A stretch of DNA of 64,000 bases from an uncultured delta proteobacterium (GTDB taxonomy: Bacteria > Desulfobacterota > Binatia > UBA9968), in the NCBI GenBank assembly GCA_963727625.1, contig CAVSHR010000008.1:128001-192000 (forward strand). Reading direction: 5' to 3'. Shown here piece after piece: positions 1 through 11,591 of the stretch (positions are counted from its first letter, which is position 1; every line of letters starts with the position of its first letter). The notes beneath the pieces were generated by a model. It did not search any database and was not told the DNA's origin. It was given only the letters and a program-made list of their open reading frames with translations. The translations under genes and the position numbers were made by a program.

Positions 1-730
1 ATACGTCGGCATTAATCCCGTGGTGGTCCACGGTGGCGGGCCGCAGATCGACGTCGTGCTCGACCGAATGGGCATCACGAGCCGCTACGTGCGCGGCATG
101 CGGGTCACCGATAAAGAAACTCTCGACATCGTCGAGATGGTGCTGGTCGGCAAGGTCAACAAAGAGATCGTTACCCTGATCAATCAGCATGGCGGCATGG
201 CGGTGGGCTTGAGCGGCAAGGACGGAGGGCTGATCGTGGCGAAAAAAATGAACGTGACCGTGGCGTCGAAGAACGGTGAGTCGCCGGAAATCATCGACAT
301 TGGCATGGTCGGCGAGATCATCGGCATCAATCCGCTGGTGATCGAGTCGCTGGACCAAAACAAATTCATTCCGGTGATCGCGCCGGTGGGCGTCGGTAAA
401 GAGGGCGAGACTTATAACATCAACGCCGATCTGGTGGCCGGCGAGATCGCGGAGGCCCTGCACGCCGAGAAGCTGATGCTGATGACCGACGTGGAAGGCG
501 TCAAGGATAAGAAAGGCGCGCTTTTAAGCACGCTCAAAGAGAACCAGGTGCGCAAGATGATCCAAGAAGGGGTCGTCGGCTCGGGCATGATTCCAAAAGT
601 CGAATGCTGCATTAACGCGCTCAAGGGCGGCGTGGAGAAGACCCATATCATCGACGGCCGGGTGAAGCATGCCGTGTTGTTGGAGATTTTCACTAAAGAG
701 GGCGTGGGGACGGAGGTCGTGCGCAAGTGA
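1..730 (+). CDS. argB: acetylglutamate kinase (5' end lies upstream of the window)
   Basis: [32 protein letters not shown] motifs; first gene of arg operon. Confidence 0.96.
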   Translation, partial: YVGINPVVVHGGGPQIDVVLDRMGITSRYVRGMRVTDKETLDIVEMVLVGKVNKEIVTLINQHGGMAVGLSGKDGGLIVAKKMNVTVASKNGESPEIIDIGMVGEIIGINPLVIESLDQNKFIPVIAPVGVGKEGETYNINADLVAGEIAEALHAEKLMLMTDVEGVKDKKGALLSTLKENQVRKMIQEGVVGSGMIPKVECCINALKGGVEKTHIIDGRVKHAVLLEIFTKEGVGTEVVRK

Positions 731-1920
731 TGAAAAACCGCGATGTCGCCGCGCTGACCGAAAAGTATGTCGCTAAAACTTACGCCCGGACGCCGATCGC
801 CCTGGTCAAAGGCAAAGGGACCAAAGTTTGGGATGCCAACGGCAAGGAATACCTCGACTTTCTCGCCGGGATTGCGGTCAACAGTCTCGGCCACTGCCAC
901 CCGGCGATCGTCAAAGCGATCAAGCGTCAAGCGCAGACACTGCTTCATGTGTCGAACCTCTATCATATCCAGCCCCAGTCCGAGTTGGCGCGGGAGCTGT
1001 GCCGCCATTCGTTCGCTGACCGGGTGTTTTTCTGCAACAGCGGGGCCGAGGCCAACGAAGCGGCGATCAAGTTGGCGCGCCGTTACGGGTCAGAGAAGTT
1101 GGGCGGCAAATATGAGATAATTTCCACCCATAATTCCTTTCATGGCCGTACGCTGGCGACGCTGACCGCCACCGGCCAGGAAAAAATCCGCGCCGGTTAC
1201 GATCCTCTGCCTGCGGGCTTTCGCCAGGTGCCCTACAACGATCTCGGCGCGATGGAAGCGGCCATCGACGTACAGAAAACCGTCGCCATTCTGGTCGAAC
1301 CGATCCAGGCCGAAGGCGGCGTCGTGGTTGCCAACGAAATTTATCTGCTCGGCTTGCGCGAACTGTGCGACCATCATGGTTTGTTGTTGATTTTTGACGA
1401 GGTGCAAACCGGCATGGGCCGCACCGGCAAACTTTTCGGTTACGAGCATTTCGGCGTCAAGCCGGACATCATGACTCTGGCCAAGGCTCTGGGCGGAGGC
1501 TTGCCGCTGGGTGCGATGTTGGCACGCGAGGAGGTTGCGGCCAGCTTCGGACCGGGCAGCCACGCTTCAACTTTCGGCGGCAATCCGGTCTCCTGCGCCG
1601 CTGGCCTCGCAGTCATGGCGACGCTGATCAACGGCGGCGTGCTGAAAAATTGCGTGCAGATGGGAAAGTATCTAGCCAAGTCCCTCGAAGCGCTGAAGAA
1701 GCGATTTCCATTCATCCGCGAGGTTCGCGGCAAGGGACTGCTGATCGGGGTGGAGCTAACCATCGACGGCGCCAAGATCGCCGAGGGCTGTATGCAGGAA
1801 GGCTTGCTGATCAACTGCACAGCGTCCAAAGTGCTGCGCTTTACGCCGCCGCTGACGATCACCAAACGCGAGATCGACCGCGCCATAGCGATATTGGAAA
1901 CGGTCCTCGCGCGCCAGTAG
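730..1920 (+). CDS. argD: acetylornithine aminotransferase (class III PLP)
   Basis: FCNSGAEANE, SFHGRT, FDEVQTGMGRTG, AKALGGG, HASTFGGNP; ATG at 730 overlaps the argB stop. Confidence 0.95.
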   Translation: MKNRDVAALTEKYVAKTYARTPIALVKGKGTKVWDANGKEYLDFLAGIAVNSLGHCHPAIVKAIKRQAQTLLHVSNLYHIQPQSELARELCRHSFADRVFFCNSGAEANEAAIKLARRYGSEKLGGKYEIISTHNSFHGRTLATLTATGQEKIRAGYDPLPAGFRQVPYNDLGAMEAAIDVQKTVAILVEPIQAEGGVVVANEIYLLGLRELCDHHGLLLIFDEVQTGMGRTGKLFGYEHFGVKPDIMTLAKALGGGLPLGAMLAREEVAASFGPGSHASTFGGNPVSCAAGLAVMATLINGGVLKNCVQMGKYLAKSLEALKKRFPFIREVRGKGLLIGVELTIDGAKIAEGCMQEGLLINCTASKVLRFTPPLTITKREIDRAIAILETVLARQ

Positions 1921-1942
1921 GCCGGCGCGCCAACGTCGTGAC

Positions 1943-2944
1943 ATGAGCAAGCGTGATTTACTGAATTTCGAGGGCCTCAGCCGGCGCGAATTTGACGGCA
2001 TTCTCGGCCTCGCGGCCAGCCTCAAGCGCAAGCAAAAGCGCGGCATAGCGCACCGGCTATTGGCGGGTAAAAGCCTCGCCATGCTGTTTGAAAAACCGAG
2101 CTTGCGCACCCGCGCGACTTTCCAAACCGGCATGAGTCAGTTGGGCGGGAATGTGATCTTCTTGGGCCCGGCGGAGGTCGGTCTCGGTACCCGCGAGGCG
2201 CCTGCTGATTGCGCGCGCAGCTTGGCGCGCTGGGTCGATCTTATCACCGTGCGCACCTTCGCACAGAAAACACTCGAAGAGATGGCTGCGTATTCGTCGG
2301 TGCCGGTGGTCAACGCTTTGACGGATCTCTATCATCCGTGCCAGGTTTTGGCCGATTGTCAGACCCTGCTCGAACACAGCGGCAGGCTCGACGGCTTGAA
2401 AATTGTTTTCGCCGGCGACGGCAATAATATGGTGCACTCCTGGCTGGAAGCGGCGGCGATCGTGCCGTTCTCGTTCACCCTAGCGTGCCCCAAAGGTTAC
2501 GAACCCAACGGGACAATTTTACAGAGGGCGCGCGCCGCCGGCGCAGACGTCACCGTCACGCAGTCGCTTGAGGAAGCGGTGCGCGGCGCGGATGCAATCT
2601 ATACCGACGTCTGGACCAGCATGGGACAGGAAGACGAGGCGAAAGCGCGGCGCCAGGCTTTCCGCGACTACCAGGTCAATAGCGGCATCGTCGGGTTGGC
2701 AAAAAAAAACGCGGTGGTGATGCATTGCTTGCCGGCCCATCGCGGCGAAGAGATTACCCACGAGGTATTGGAGAGCCCGCAGTGCGTCGCCTTCGATCAG
2801 GCGGAAAATCGGCTGCACGCGCAGAAGGCCGTGATGGTGTGGTTGTTAATCGGGTTCAAACGTTCAAGAGTTCAAGGTTCAACGAGTGCAAAGAGGCAAA
2901 TTCGCAAGCGAGAAGGCGCTAGAGGAAGAAAGCTTCGACAATGA
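1943..2944 (+). CDS. argF: ornithine carbamoyltransferase, with basic C-terminal extension
   Basis: [29 protein letters not shown] motifs. Confidence 0.95.
   Translation: MSKRDLLNFEGLSRREFDGILGLAASLKRKQKRGIAHRLLAGKSLAMLFEKPSLRTRATFQTGMSQLGGNVIFLGPAEVGLGTREAPADCARSLARWVDLITVRTFAQKTLEEMAAYSSVPVVNALTDLYHPCQVLADCQTLLEHSGRLDGLKIVFAGDGNNMVHSWLEAAAIVPFSFTLACPKGYEPNGTILQRARAAGADVTVTQSLEEAVRGADAIYTDVWTSMGQEDEAKARRQAFRDYQVNSGIVGLAKKNAVVMHCLPAHRGEEITHEVLESPQCVAFDQAENRLHAQKAVMVWLLIGFKRSRVQGSTSAKRQIRKREGARGRKLRQ
2854..2891 (+). repeat. short tandem array of GTTCAA cores inside the argF 3' end
   Basis: GTTCAA at 2854, 2862, 2870, 2877; degenerate GTGCAA at 2886. Confidence 0.8.
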
Positions 2945-4142
2945 AGGTCAACAAGGTGGTATTGGCCTACTCGGGTGGTTTGGATACATCGGTCATTTTG
3001 CTCTGGCTCAAAGAGCAATACGGCTGCGAGGTTATCGCGTTCTGCGCCGATCTGGGTCAAGGCGAAGATTTACAGGCGATCAAACGCAAGGCGATTAAGA
3101 CCGGCGCCAGTAAGGTGGTGATCGGCGACCTGCGCGAAGAGTTCGTCAAGGACTACGTTTTCCCCATGCTGCGTGCCAATGCAGTCTACGAAGGATCATA
3201 CTTACTCGGCACGTCGATCGCCCGGCCACTGATCGCCAAGGGGCAGATCGACGTCGCGCTGAAAGAAAAAGCCGACGCGGTTTCCCACGGGGCCACTGGG
3301 AAGGGCAACGATCAGGTGCGTTTCGAGCTGACCTATTACGCGCTCAAGCCAGACATCAAAGTGATCGCGCCTTGGCGGGTGTGGGATTTAAACGCGCGCT
3401 CAACCTTGATCGACTACGCGCGCAAGCACGGCATTCCCGTGCCGGTGACCAAGGCCAAGCCTTATAGCACCGACCGAAATTTGTTTCATATCAGTTACGA
3501 GGGCGGCATTCTGGAAGACCCGTGGAAAGAGGCGCCGGCCGACATGTTCGTGTGGTGCCGCTCGCTGGAACAAGCGCCGAATCGCGCGGAATATATTGAA
3601 ATCGATTACCGGCGCGGCGACCCGGTGGCGCTCAACGGGCGCAAATTGTCGCCGGCCAATTTGCTGGCGCGCCTCAACAACTTCGGCGCCAAGCACGGCA
3701 TCGGCCGGGTCGACCTGGTGGAAAACCGCTATGTCGGCATGAAGTCGCGCGGCGTCTACGAAACCCCCGGCGGCACGATCCTGCACGCGGCACATCGGGG
3801 CATGGAATCGATCACCATGGACCGGGAAGTGTTGCGGCTGCGGGATTCCTTGATCCCGCGTTATGCCGAAATGATTTATTACGGCTATTGGTTCGCGCCC
3901 GAGCGCGAGATGCTGCAGAAAGCCATCGACGCGGCGCAAGCCAACGTCAGCGGCCGGGTGCGGCTAAAACTCTACAAAGGCAATGCGATGGTGGTCGGGC
4001 GCAAATCGGATAATTCGCTTTACGACCCCAACATGGCCACATTTGAAGCCGACCGGGTTTACCAGCAGGCCGATGCCGAGGGCTTCATTCGTCTAAACGC
4101 TCTGCGCCTGCGGCTGCTGCGCTTGCGCAAGGCCAAGCGGGG

Positions 4143-4146
<4 letters not shown>
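2941..4146 (+). CDS. argG: argininosuccinate synthase
   Basis: [33 protein letters not shown]. Confidence 0.98.
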
Positions 4147-5534
<1,388 letters not shown>

Positions 5535-5969
5535 ATGAAAAAAGTCTTGCTCATTGCGGCAATGCTGGCCGTGGCAGGCATGGGGTGCGGCAAAAAGGGA
5601 AATCCGCTCGCTCCCGAACTGGCGGCGCCGAAGACTATTACCAATCTCACGGCGCGCTCCGGTCCGAACGGCGTTATCCTCACCTGGAGCAGGCCCACCG
5701 AATATGTTGACGGATCCTCCTTGAAGGATCTGGCGAGCTTCGTCATTTTTCGCAAGGAAGTCTCATCGAGCTGCCCCGACTGCCCGGTGCCTTACCGCCA
5801 GCTGACCACCGTCAACGTCGAGGACCGGCAACGGTTCTCGCAACAAAAACAGTATCGTTATGACGATCAAGAAGTGCGTCAGAAGGCGATTTATCGCTAT
5901 CGCGTCTCGTCGCAGCTGCTCGACGGTTCCCTGAGCGCGCCCTCCAACGAAGTAGAAACCGCGAGGTGA
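5535..5969 (+). CDS. lipoprotein with LptM/LppL-like N-terminus, FN3-like domain and CxxC
   Basis: Signal peptide with GMG-C lipobox followed by CGKKGNP; LTW...YRYRV...S.PSNEV FN3-like pattern; CPDC. Confidence 0.7.
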   Translation: MKKVLLIAAMLAVAGMGCGKKGNPLAPELAAPKTITNLTARSGPNGVILTWSRPTEYVDGSSLKDLASFVIFRKEVSSSCPDCPVPYRQLTTVNVEDRQRFSQQKQYRYDDQEVRQKAIYRYRVSSQLLDGSLSAPSNEVETAR

Positions 5970-7243
5970 TCATGAATCATTTTGAATATCGCAACGGGGA
6001 AATGTTCGCGGAGGGCGTGGCGCTCAAGCGCATCGCGCAGGAGGTCGGCACGCCGGCCTATGTTTACAGCTTGGCGACGCTGACGCGCCACTATCGGGTC
6101 TTCGACCAGGCTTTCGCTAACACGCCGCATATCGTCTGCTATTCGGTAAAGGCCAACTCCAATCTGGCACTGCTCAAAGCGTTCGCCAATCAGGGCAGTG
6201 GCTTCGATATCGTCTCTGGCGGCGAGCTGTTTCGCGCCCTCAAAGCGGGCGGCGATCCGAAAAAGATCGTTTTCTCGGGCGTCGGCAAGAAGAAAGACGA
6301 GATCGGGTACGCGCTCGACGCGGGAATTTTGATGTTCAACGTCGAATCGGACGAGGAGCTGACTGCGCTCAATGAAATCGCGGCCGGAGTGGGTAAAAAG
6401 GCGCCGATCAGCTTGCGCGTCAATCCCGACGTCGATCCGCAGACCCATCCCTATATTTCCACCGGAATGAAAAAGGCCAAGTTCGGCGTCGACATCAAAA
6501 AGTCGCTGGAGACGTATAAAAGGGCCGTGTCGCTAAAAAATATTGACGTCGTCGGCGTCGATTGCCACATCGGTTCGCAGCTCACTTCGCTGACGCCGTT
6601 CGTGGATGCCCTGGCCAAGGTGCGCGAGTACCTGGATCGCGTGCTCGCCGGCGAGATCAAGAAAGACGGCGCGCAGATTCGTTATCTCGATCTCGGCGGC
6701 GGCCTGGGCATCAACTATCACGACGAGACGCCGCCGTTGCCCGAAGAGTACGCCAAAGCGATCATCCAAGGCCTCGAAGGACTGGGCGTTACGCTGATCT
6801 TGGAGCCGGGCCGGGTGATCGTCGGAAACGCGGGGATTCTTCTCACCGAAGTGCAGTATTTGAAAGAAACCGAAACCAAAAAATTTGTTATCGTCGACGC
6901 CGGCATGAACGATCTGATTCGGCCGGCGCTTTACGGCTCCTATCAGGCGATCCAGCCCGTGGTCAAAACCAAACGCGCGAAAATAGTAGCGGACGTGGTC
7001 GGGCCGATCTGCGAGAGCGGCGACTTTCTTGCCAAGGATCGCGAGATCGCGCGGCCGCTGCGCGGCGATTTGATAGCGGTGATGAGCGCCGGCGCCTATG
7101 GCTTTACCATGGCCTCGAATTACAACTCTCATCCGAAGCCGCCGGAGGTGCTGGTGGATGGCGATCAATATTATGTTGTGCGCAAGCGCGAAACCTTGGA
7201 TGACCTGATCAACGGCGAGGTCATCCCGGCGTCGCTGCAATAA
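5966..7243 (+). CDS. lysA: diaminopimelate decarboxylase
   Basis: YSVKANSN, HIGSQ, DLGGG, EPGR, GPICESGD, GAYG. Confidence 0.97.
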   Translation: MIMNHFEYRNGEMFAEGVALKRIAQEVGTPAYVYSLATLTRHYRVFDQAFANTPHIVCYSVKANSNLALLKAFANQGSGFDIVSGGELFRALKAGGDPKKIVFSGVGKKKDEIGYALDAGILMFNVESDEELTALNEIAAGVGKKAPISLRVNPDVDPQTHPYISTGMKKAKFGVDIKKSLETYKRAVSLKNIDVVGVDCHIGSQLTSLTPFVDALAKVREYLDRVLAGEIKKDGAQIRYLDLGGGLGINYHDETPPLPEEYAKAIIQGLEGLGVTLILEPGRVIVGNAGILLTEVQYLKETETKKFVIVDAGMNDLIRPALYGSYQAIQPVVKTKRAKIVADVVGPICESGDFLAKDREIARPLRGDLIAVMSAGAYGFTMASNYNSHPKPPEVLVDGDQYYVVRKRETLDDLINGEVIPASLQ

Positions 7244-7247
7244 GCCG

Positions 7248-7279
7248 GTTCAAGGGTTCAATCGTTCAAAAGTTCAAGG
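7248..7279 (+). repeat. (GTTCAANN)x4 octamer array filling the lysA-dapF spacer
   Basis: GTTCAA at 7248, 7256, 7264, 7272 (exact 8-bp period). Confidence 0.85.
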
Positions 7280-7281
7280 TT

Positions 7282-8103
7282 ATGGAACTCGAATTCACCA
7301 AGATGCATGGGGCGGGCAATGATTTTGTTTTCCTCGATTGCCTGAAAGGAAATATCCATCCTCTGGACGCGATCGCCAAGAAACTCTGTGATCGCCGCTT
7401 CGGCATCGGCGCCGATCAGTTGCTGACCATTCATCCCTCGAAAGTCGCCGACTTCAAAATGGAGATTTACAACGCCGACGGCAGCCAGGTGGAGATGTGC
7501 GGCAACGGCATTCGCTGCTTCGCCAAGTATGTTTACGATCACGGCATCACCAAGAAGCGTGAACTCGAAGTGGAAACCCTCGCCGGCATCATCCGCCCGC
7601 GCATGGTCGGTGAACTGGTCGAGGTCGACATGGGCGAGCCGATTCTCGAAGGGCGCAAGATTCCGGTGGATGCCGATGGCGAAATCAAAAATCGGCCCCT
7701 GGTCGTGGACGGCAAGAGCTATGAGGTCACCTGCGTTTCCATGGGCAACCCGCACTGCGTGCTTTATCTTGACGATATCGACTCGCTCGATTTGGAAAAG
7801 CTCGGGCCGAGCTTCGAGCACCACCCGTTCTTTCCCAAGCGCGTGAACACGGAGTTTATCAAGATCATCGGCCCGAGCGAAGTGAAAATGCGCGTCTGGG
7901 AACGGGGCGCAGGGGAGACCTGGGCCTGCGGCACCGGTGCGAGCGCCGTGGGGGTCGCCGGCGTCATCACCGGACGCACCGAGCGCATGGTTACGATTCA
8001 TCTCAAGGGCGGCGATCTGTTGATCGAATGGCGCGACAACAACCGCGTCTATATGACCGGCGGCGCTGAAGAGGTGTTTCACGGCAGGGTCAAGATTTCC
8101 TAG
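7282..8103 (+). CDS. dapF: diaminopimelate epimerase
   Basis: FTKMHGAGNDF, EMCGNG, SMGNPH, ERGAGETWACGTG. Confidence 0.97.
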   Translation: MELEFTKMHGAGNDFVFLDCLKGNIHPLDAIAKKLCDRRFGIGADQLLTIHPSKVADFKMEIYNADGSQVEMCGNGIRCFAKYVYDHGITKKRELEVETLAGIIRPRMVGELVEVDMGEPILEGRKIPVDADGEIKNRPLVVDGKSYEVTCVSMGNPHCVLYLDDIDSLDLEKLGPSFEHHPFFPKRVNTEFIKIIGPSEVKMRVWERGAGETWACGTGASAVGVAGVITGRTERMVTIHLKGGDLLIEWRDNNRVYMTGGAEEVFHGRVKIS

Positions 8104-8114
8104 GAGATTAATTT

Positions 8115-8993
8115 ATGTTTAGCGGTTCCATGGTTGCGTTGGTGACGCCGTTCAAAGACGGCCAAGTCGATTGGCCGAGTCTCGAAGGGCTGATCGAGTT
8201 CCATCTGCAGAACGGCACCCACGGCATCGTGCCCTGCGGCACTACAGGCGAGTCGGCGACGCTCAGCCACAAGGAGCACGACGAAGTGATCCGCGCGGTG
8301 ATCAAGGCGGTCAACCAACGGATTCCCGTGATCGCCGGCACCGGCTCCAATTCAACCGAAGAGGCGGTGCGTCTCACCCGCGAGGCGGAAAAATCCGGCG
8401 CCGACGGCGCGCTGATGATTTCTCCCTATTACAATCGGCCGACTCAGGAAGGGATCTATCAGCACTATAAAAAAGTCGCTTCCGAGGTCGGCATCCCGAT
8501 CATCGTCTACAATATCCCTGGCCGCACCGGCTCGAAGATCGAACCGGAAACTCTGGCGCGCCTGGCCGAAATCAAGAACATCGCCGGCGTCAAAGAAGCC
8601 ACCGGCTCGGTGGATCAGGCGATCGACGTGATTCGCCTGTGCGGCGATCGCCTGGCAGTCTATTCCGGCGAGGACTCTTTGATCTATTCGCTGATGGCTC
8701 TGGGCGGCAAGGGCGTGATTTCGACGGTGGCCAACGTGGCGCCCAAGGAGACCGCACAGCTCGCCGACGCCTGTTTGAAAGGAAAGTGGGAGCGCGGGCG
8801 GAAGCTGCAGTTTGAGCTCATCCCGTTGATCCGCAGTCTATTCATCGAAACCAACCCGATCCCGGTCAAGACCGCGCTGGCTCTGATGGGCAAATGCAGC
8901 GGCGAGCTGCGCCTGCCGCTGACGCCGATGGCTGAAGGAAATCTGCAGAAGCTCAAGCAGGCGATAAGCGATTTTGGGCTTCTGAAAAACTGA
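8115..8993 (+). CDS. dapA: 4-hydroxy-tetrahydrodipicolinate synthase
   Basis: GTTGES, PYYN, YNIPGRT, GVKEA, NPIPVK. Confidence 0.97.
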   Translation: MFSGSMVALVTPFKDGQVDWPSLEGLIEFHLQNGTHGIVPCGTTGESATLSHKEHDEVIRAVIKAVNQRIPVIAGTGSNSTEEAVRLTREAEKSGADGALMISPYYNRPTQEGIYQHYKKVASEVGIPIIVYNIPGRTGSKIEPETLARLAEIKNIAGVKEATGSVDQAIDVIRLCGDRLAVYSGEDSLIYSLMALGGKGVISTVANVAPKETAQLADACLKGKWERGRKLQFELIPLIRSLFIETNPIPVKTALALMGKCSGELRLPLTPMAEGNLQKLKQAISDFGLLKN

Positions 8994-9796
8994 TGGCGCT
9001 CGGCATAATCGTCTGCGGTGTCGGAGGGCGGATGGGTGGCGCGGTGGTCCGTGCGCTTCAGCAGTCTGCAGCTCTGAAGCTTCTCGCGGCCGTCGATCGG
9101 GCCGGCAGCGCGCGATTGGGCAAAGACGCCGGCGAAGTGTCCGGCGCGGGTCATTTGGGGATTCCCGTCACAGACATGCTCGGCAATGCGCTGAGACCAA
9201 ACAGCGTTATCGTCGACTTCACTAACCCGGAAGCCTCGTTGGGTTTCCTCCGCAGCGCGGCAAAAAAGCGCATGCCCATCGTCATCGCAACCACCGGCTT
9301 CAATGCGACGCAGCAGGCGGAAATCAAGCGGCTGGCCCGGCGCACGGCGGTGCTGTTATCGGCCAATACCAGCTTGGGTATAAACGTCCTCGTGTCGCTC
9401 TTAGGCAAAGCAGCGAAGATGCTCGGCGACGACTACGACGTCGAGATTGTCGAAGCGCACCACCGCTTCAAAAAAGACGCGCCCAGCGGCACGGCTCTAG
9501 CGCTAGGACGTTCCGTAGCCGACGCGCTCGGCCGCGACCTCGACAAAGTTGCGCTCAACGGGCGCAATGGCATTGTCGGTGAGCGCAGCAAAAAGGAGAT
9601 TGCGCTCTTATCCGTTCGCGCCGGCGACATCGTCGGCGAGCACATGGTGATTTTCGGCGGCATCGGCGAGCGCCTCGAATTCATCCATCGCGCCCACAGC
9701 CGCGACACGTTTGCGCGCGGTGCCCTGCGCGCCGCCCAGTGGCTCGCCAAGCGCAAGCCGGGGCTTTACGGCATGGAGGATGTGCTGGGGCTGTAG
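8993..9796 (+). CDS. dapB: 4-hydroxy-tetrahydrodipicolinate reductase
   Basis: GRMG, DFT, ATTG, EAHHRFKKDAPSGTA. Confidence 0.97.
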   Translation: MALGIIVCGVGGRMGGAVVRALQQSAALKLLAAVDRAGSARLGKDAGEVSGAGHLGIPVTDMLGNALRPNSVIVDFTNPEASLGFLRSAAKKRMPIVIATTGFNATQQAEIKRLARRTAVLLSANTSLGINVLVSLLGKAAKMLGDDYDVEIVEAHHRFKKDAPSGTALALGRSVADALGRDLDKVALNGRNGIVGERSKKEIALLSVRAGDIVGEHMVIFGGIGERLEFIHRAHSRDTFARGALRAAQWLAKRKPGLYGMEDVLGL

Positions 9797-10035
9797 CCGT
9801 TCTTAATTGCACTATCTGCAGCCGTCCGGCGGCCGAGTCTCAGCCGAGCTGGTTCAGGCAACCGACTGACCTAATATCGTTGAAAAAGCTTCTTAAGCGA
9901 CGGCCTTATAAGAGGGGAAGTTTTTCGCGCCCACGCCAAAAACCGATTATAATCCTCATGCGGCCTGATTGTGGAAGCGCTTTAAGTCGGCATGAATATG
10001 AGTCTTAAGGTGTCAGCTGGTATCGGATTCCGCCC

Positions 10036-11565
10036 GTGACAAAGCAGAAAAAACCTCGCGTGCTGGTCTTTGTGGTGGCGTACAATGCCGAGCGCACGAT
10101 TGAAAGTGTTCTCTCGCGGATTCCAGCTAGCCTATCCGAGGGCTATGAGGTCGAGATTCTCGCCATTGACGACGCTTCACGCGATCGCACCTTCGAGGTC
10201 GGCCACAAAATCAAATCGGCCGGCTCGCTGTCTTTGCCGCTGCGCGTGCTTTTCAATCCGATCAACCAAGGCTATGGCGGCAACCAGAAAATTGGTTACC
10301 ACTACGCAATCAAGAATGAGTTCGATTTTGTCGCGCTGGTTCATGGCGATGGCCAATACGCCCCCGAAGCTCTCCCGGATCTGTTGAAACCCTTGGCTCA
10401 GGGCGAGGCCGACGCGGTGTTCGGTTCGCGCATGCTCAGCCGGGGCGCGGCATTGAAGGGCGGCATGCCGCTCTACAAGTTCGCCGGCAATAAGATTCTC
10501 ACCTGGTGCCAAAACCGTTTGCTGCGCACCCATTTCAGCGAATTTCATTCCGGCTATCGGGTCTACTCAGTGGCCGCCCTCAAACAAATTCCGTTCGATC
10601 GCAACACCAACGATTTTCATTTCGACACGGAGATCATCATTCAATTGTTGATCGCGGGCATGCAGGTCCGCGAGGTTTCGGTACCGACCTACTACGGCGA
10701 TGAGATTTGTCATGTCAATGGAATTCAATACGCCTGGAACGTCCTCAAAGCGACGCTCAAATCGCGGGTGCATGATTTCGGCATATTTTACGACAGCAAG
10801 TTTGATTGCGGCCCGGGATATGCCGCCAGCGTTCACTATGGACTCAAGATAGATTTTGACAGCCCGCATAGCGCGACTCTCGACCTCGTTCCAGCCGGAG
10901 CGAAAGTGCTTGATCTCGGTTGCGTCGGCGGTTATATGAGCGCGCTCTTGGAGCGCGAGCGCGGCTGCCAAACCACCGGTGTGGGCAAATTCCCCCTGGG
11001 AGCGAACGTCAAATTGAGCCGATTCATCGAGCATGACCTCAACGACGGTGTTCCCGAGGTGAACATCGCGGAGTACGACTACGTCTTGCTGCTTGACGTG
11101 ATCGAGCACCTGAACGTTCCGGAGATCTTTTTCGACCGCCTGCGCGAAGCCATGAAGTACTGTATCAAAACGAAATTGATCATCAGCACGCCCAATGTCG
11201 GGTTTTTTATCGTTCGGTTGATGCTACTACTGGGGCAGTTCAACTATGGCAAGCGCGGGATTCTCGACATGACCCATACCCGGCTCTTTACGTTTTCGTC
11301 GCTGCGCCAGTTGCTCGAACAACGGGGTTTCCGGATCGACAGCTCGCGCGGCATCCCCGCGCCGTTTCCGGTCGCGTTCGGCAACAACCGGGTCAGCCGC
11401 TTCCTGGTGGCGGCAAATAAGGCGGTGTTGCGAATCCTGCCCACGATATTTTCCTACCAAATACTCGTCGTCGCTCAGCCGCAACCTTCGTTGGAGTTGC
11501 TTTTGCGACGCGCGGAGGACGAGTCCTCCGCGCGGGCAAATACAATTGAATCGCCGCCGGGTTGA
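10036..11565 (+). CDS. GT2 (DPM1-like) glycosyltransferase fused to class I SAM methyltransferase-like domain
   Basis: AYNAE, IDDAS, NQGYGGNQK, VHGDGQY; C-terminal VLDLGC, LDVIEHL, STPN. Confidence 0.88.
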   Translation: MTKQKKPRVLVFVVAYNAERTIESVLSRIPASLSEGYEVEILAIDDASRDRTFEVGHKIKSAGSLSLPLRVLFNPINQGYGGNQKIGYHYAIKNEFDFVALVHGDGQYAPEALPDLLKPLAQGEADAVFGSRMLSRGAALKGGMPLYKFAGNKILTWCQNRLLRTHFSEFHSGYRVYSVAALKQIPFDRNTNDFHFDTEIIIQLLIAGMQVREVSVPTYYGDEICHVNGIQYAWNVLKATLKSRVHDFGIFYDSKFDCGPGYAASVHYGLKIDFDSPHSATLDLVPAGAKVLDLGCVGGYMSALLERERGCQTTGVGKFPLGANVKLSRFIEHDLNDGVPEVNIAEYDYVLLLDVIEHLNVPEIFFDRLREAMKYCIKTKLIISTPNVGFFIVRLMLLLGQFNYGKRGILDMTHTRLFTFSSLRQLLEQRGFRIDSSRGIPAPFPVAFGNNRVSRFLVAANKAVLRILPTIFSYQILVVAQPQPSLELLLRRAEDESSARANTIESPPG

Positions 11566-11591
11566 TGCAAACCAGTGAATGCAGGTCGCTA

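Noticed and set aside
7248-7279. GTTCAA cores as tRNA T-loop fragments or att sites
   Set aside because: No cloverleaf or acceptor stem; periodic 8-bp spacing
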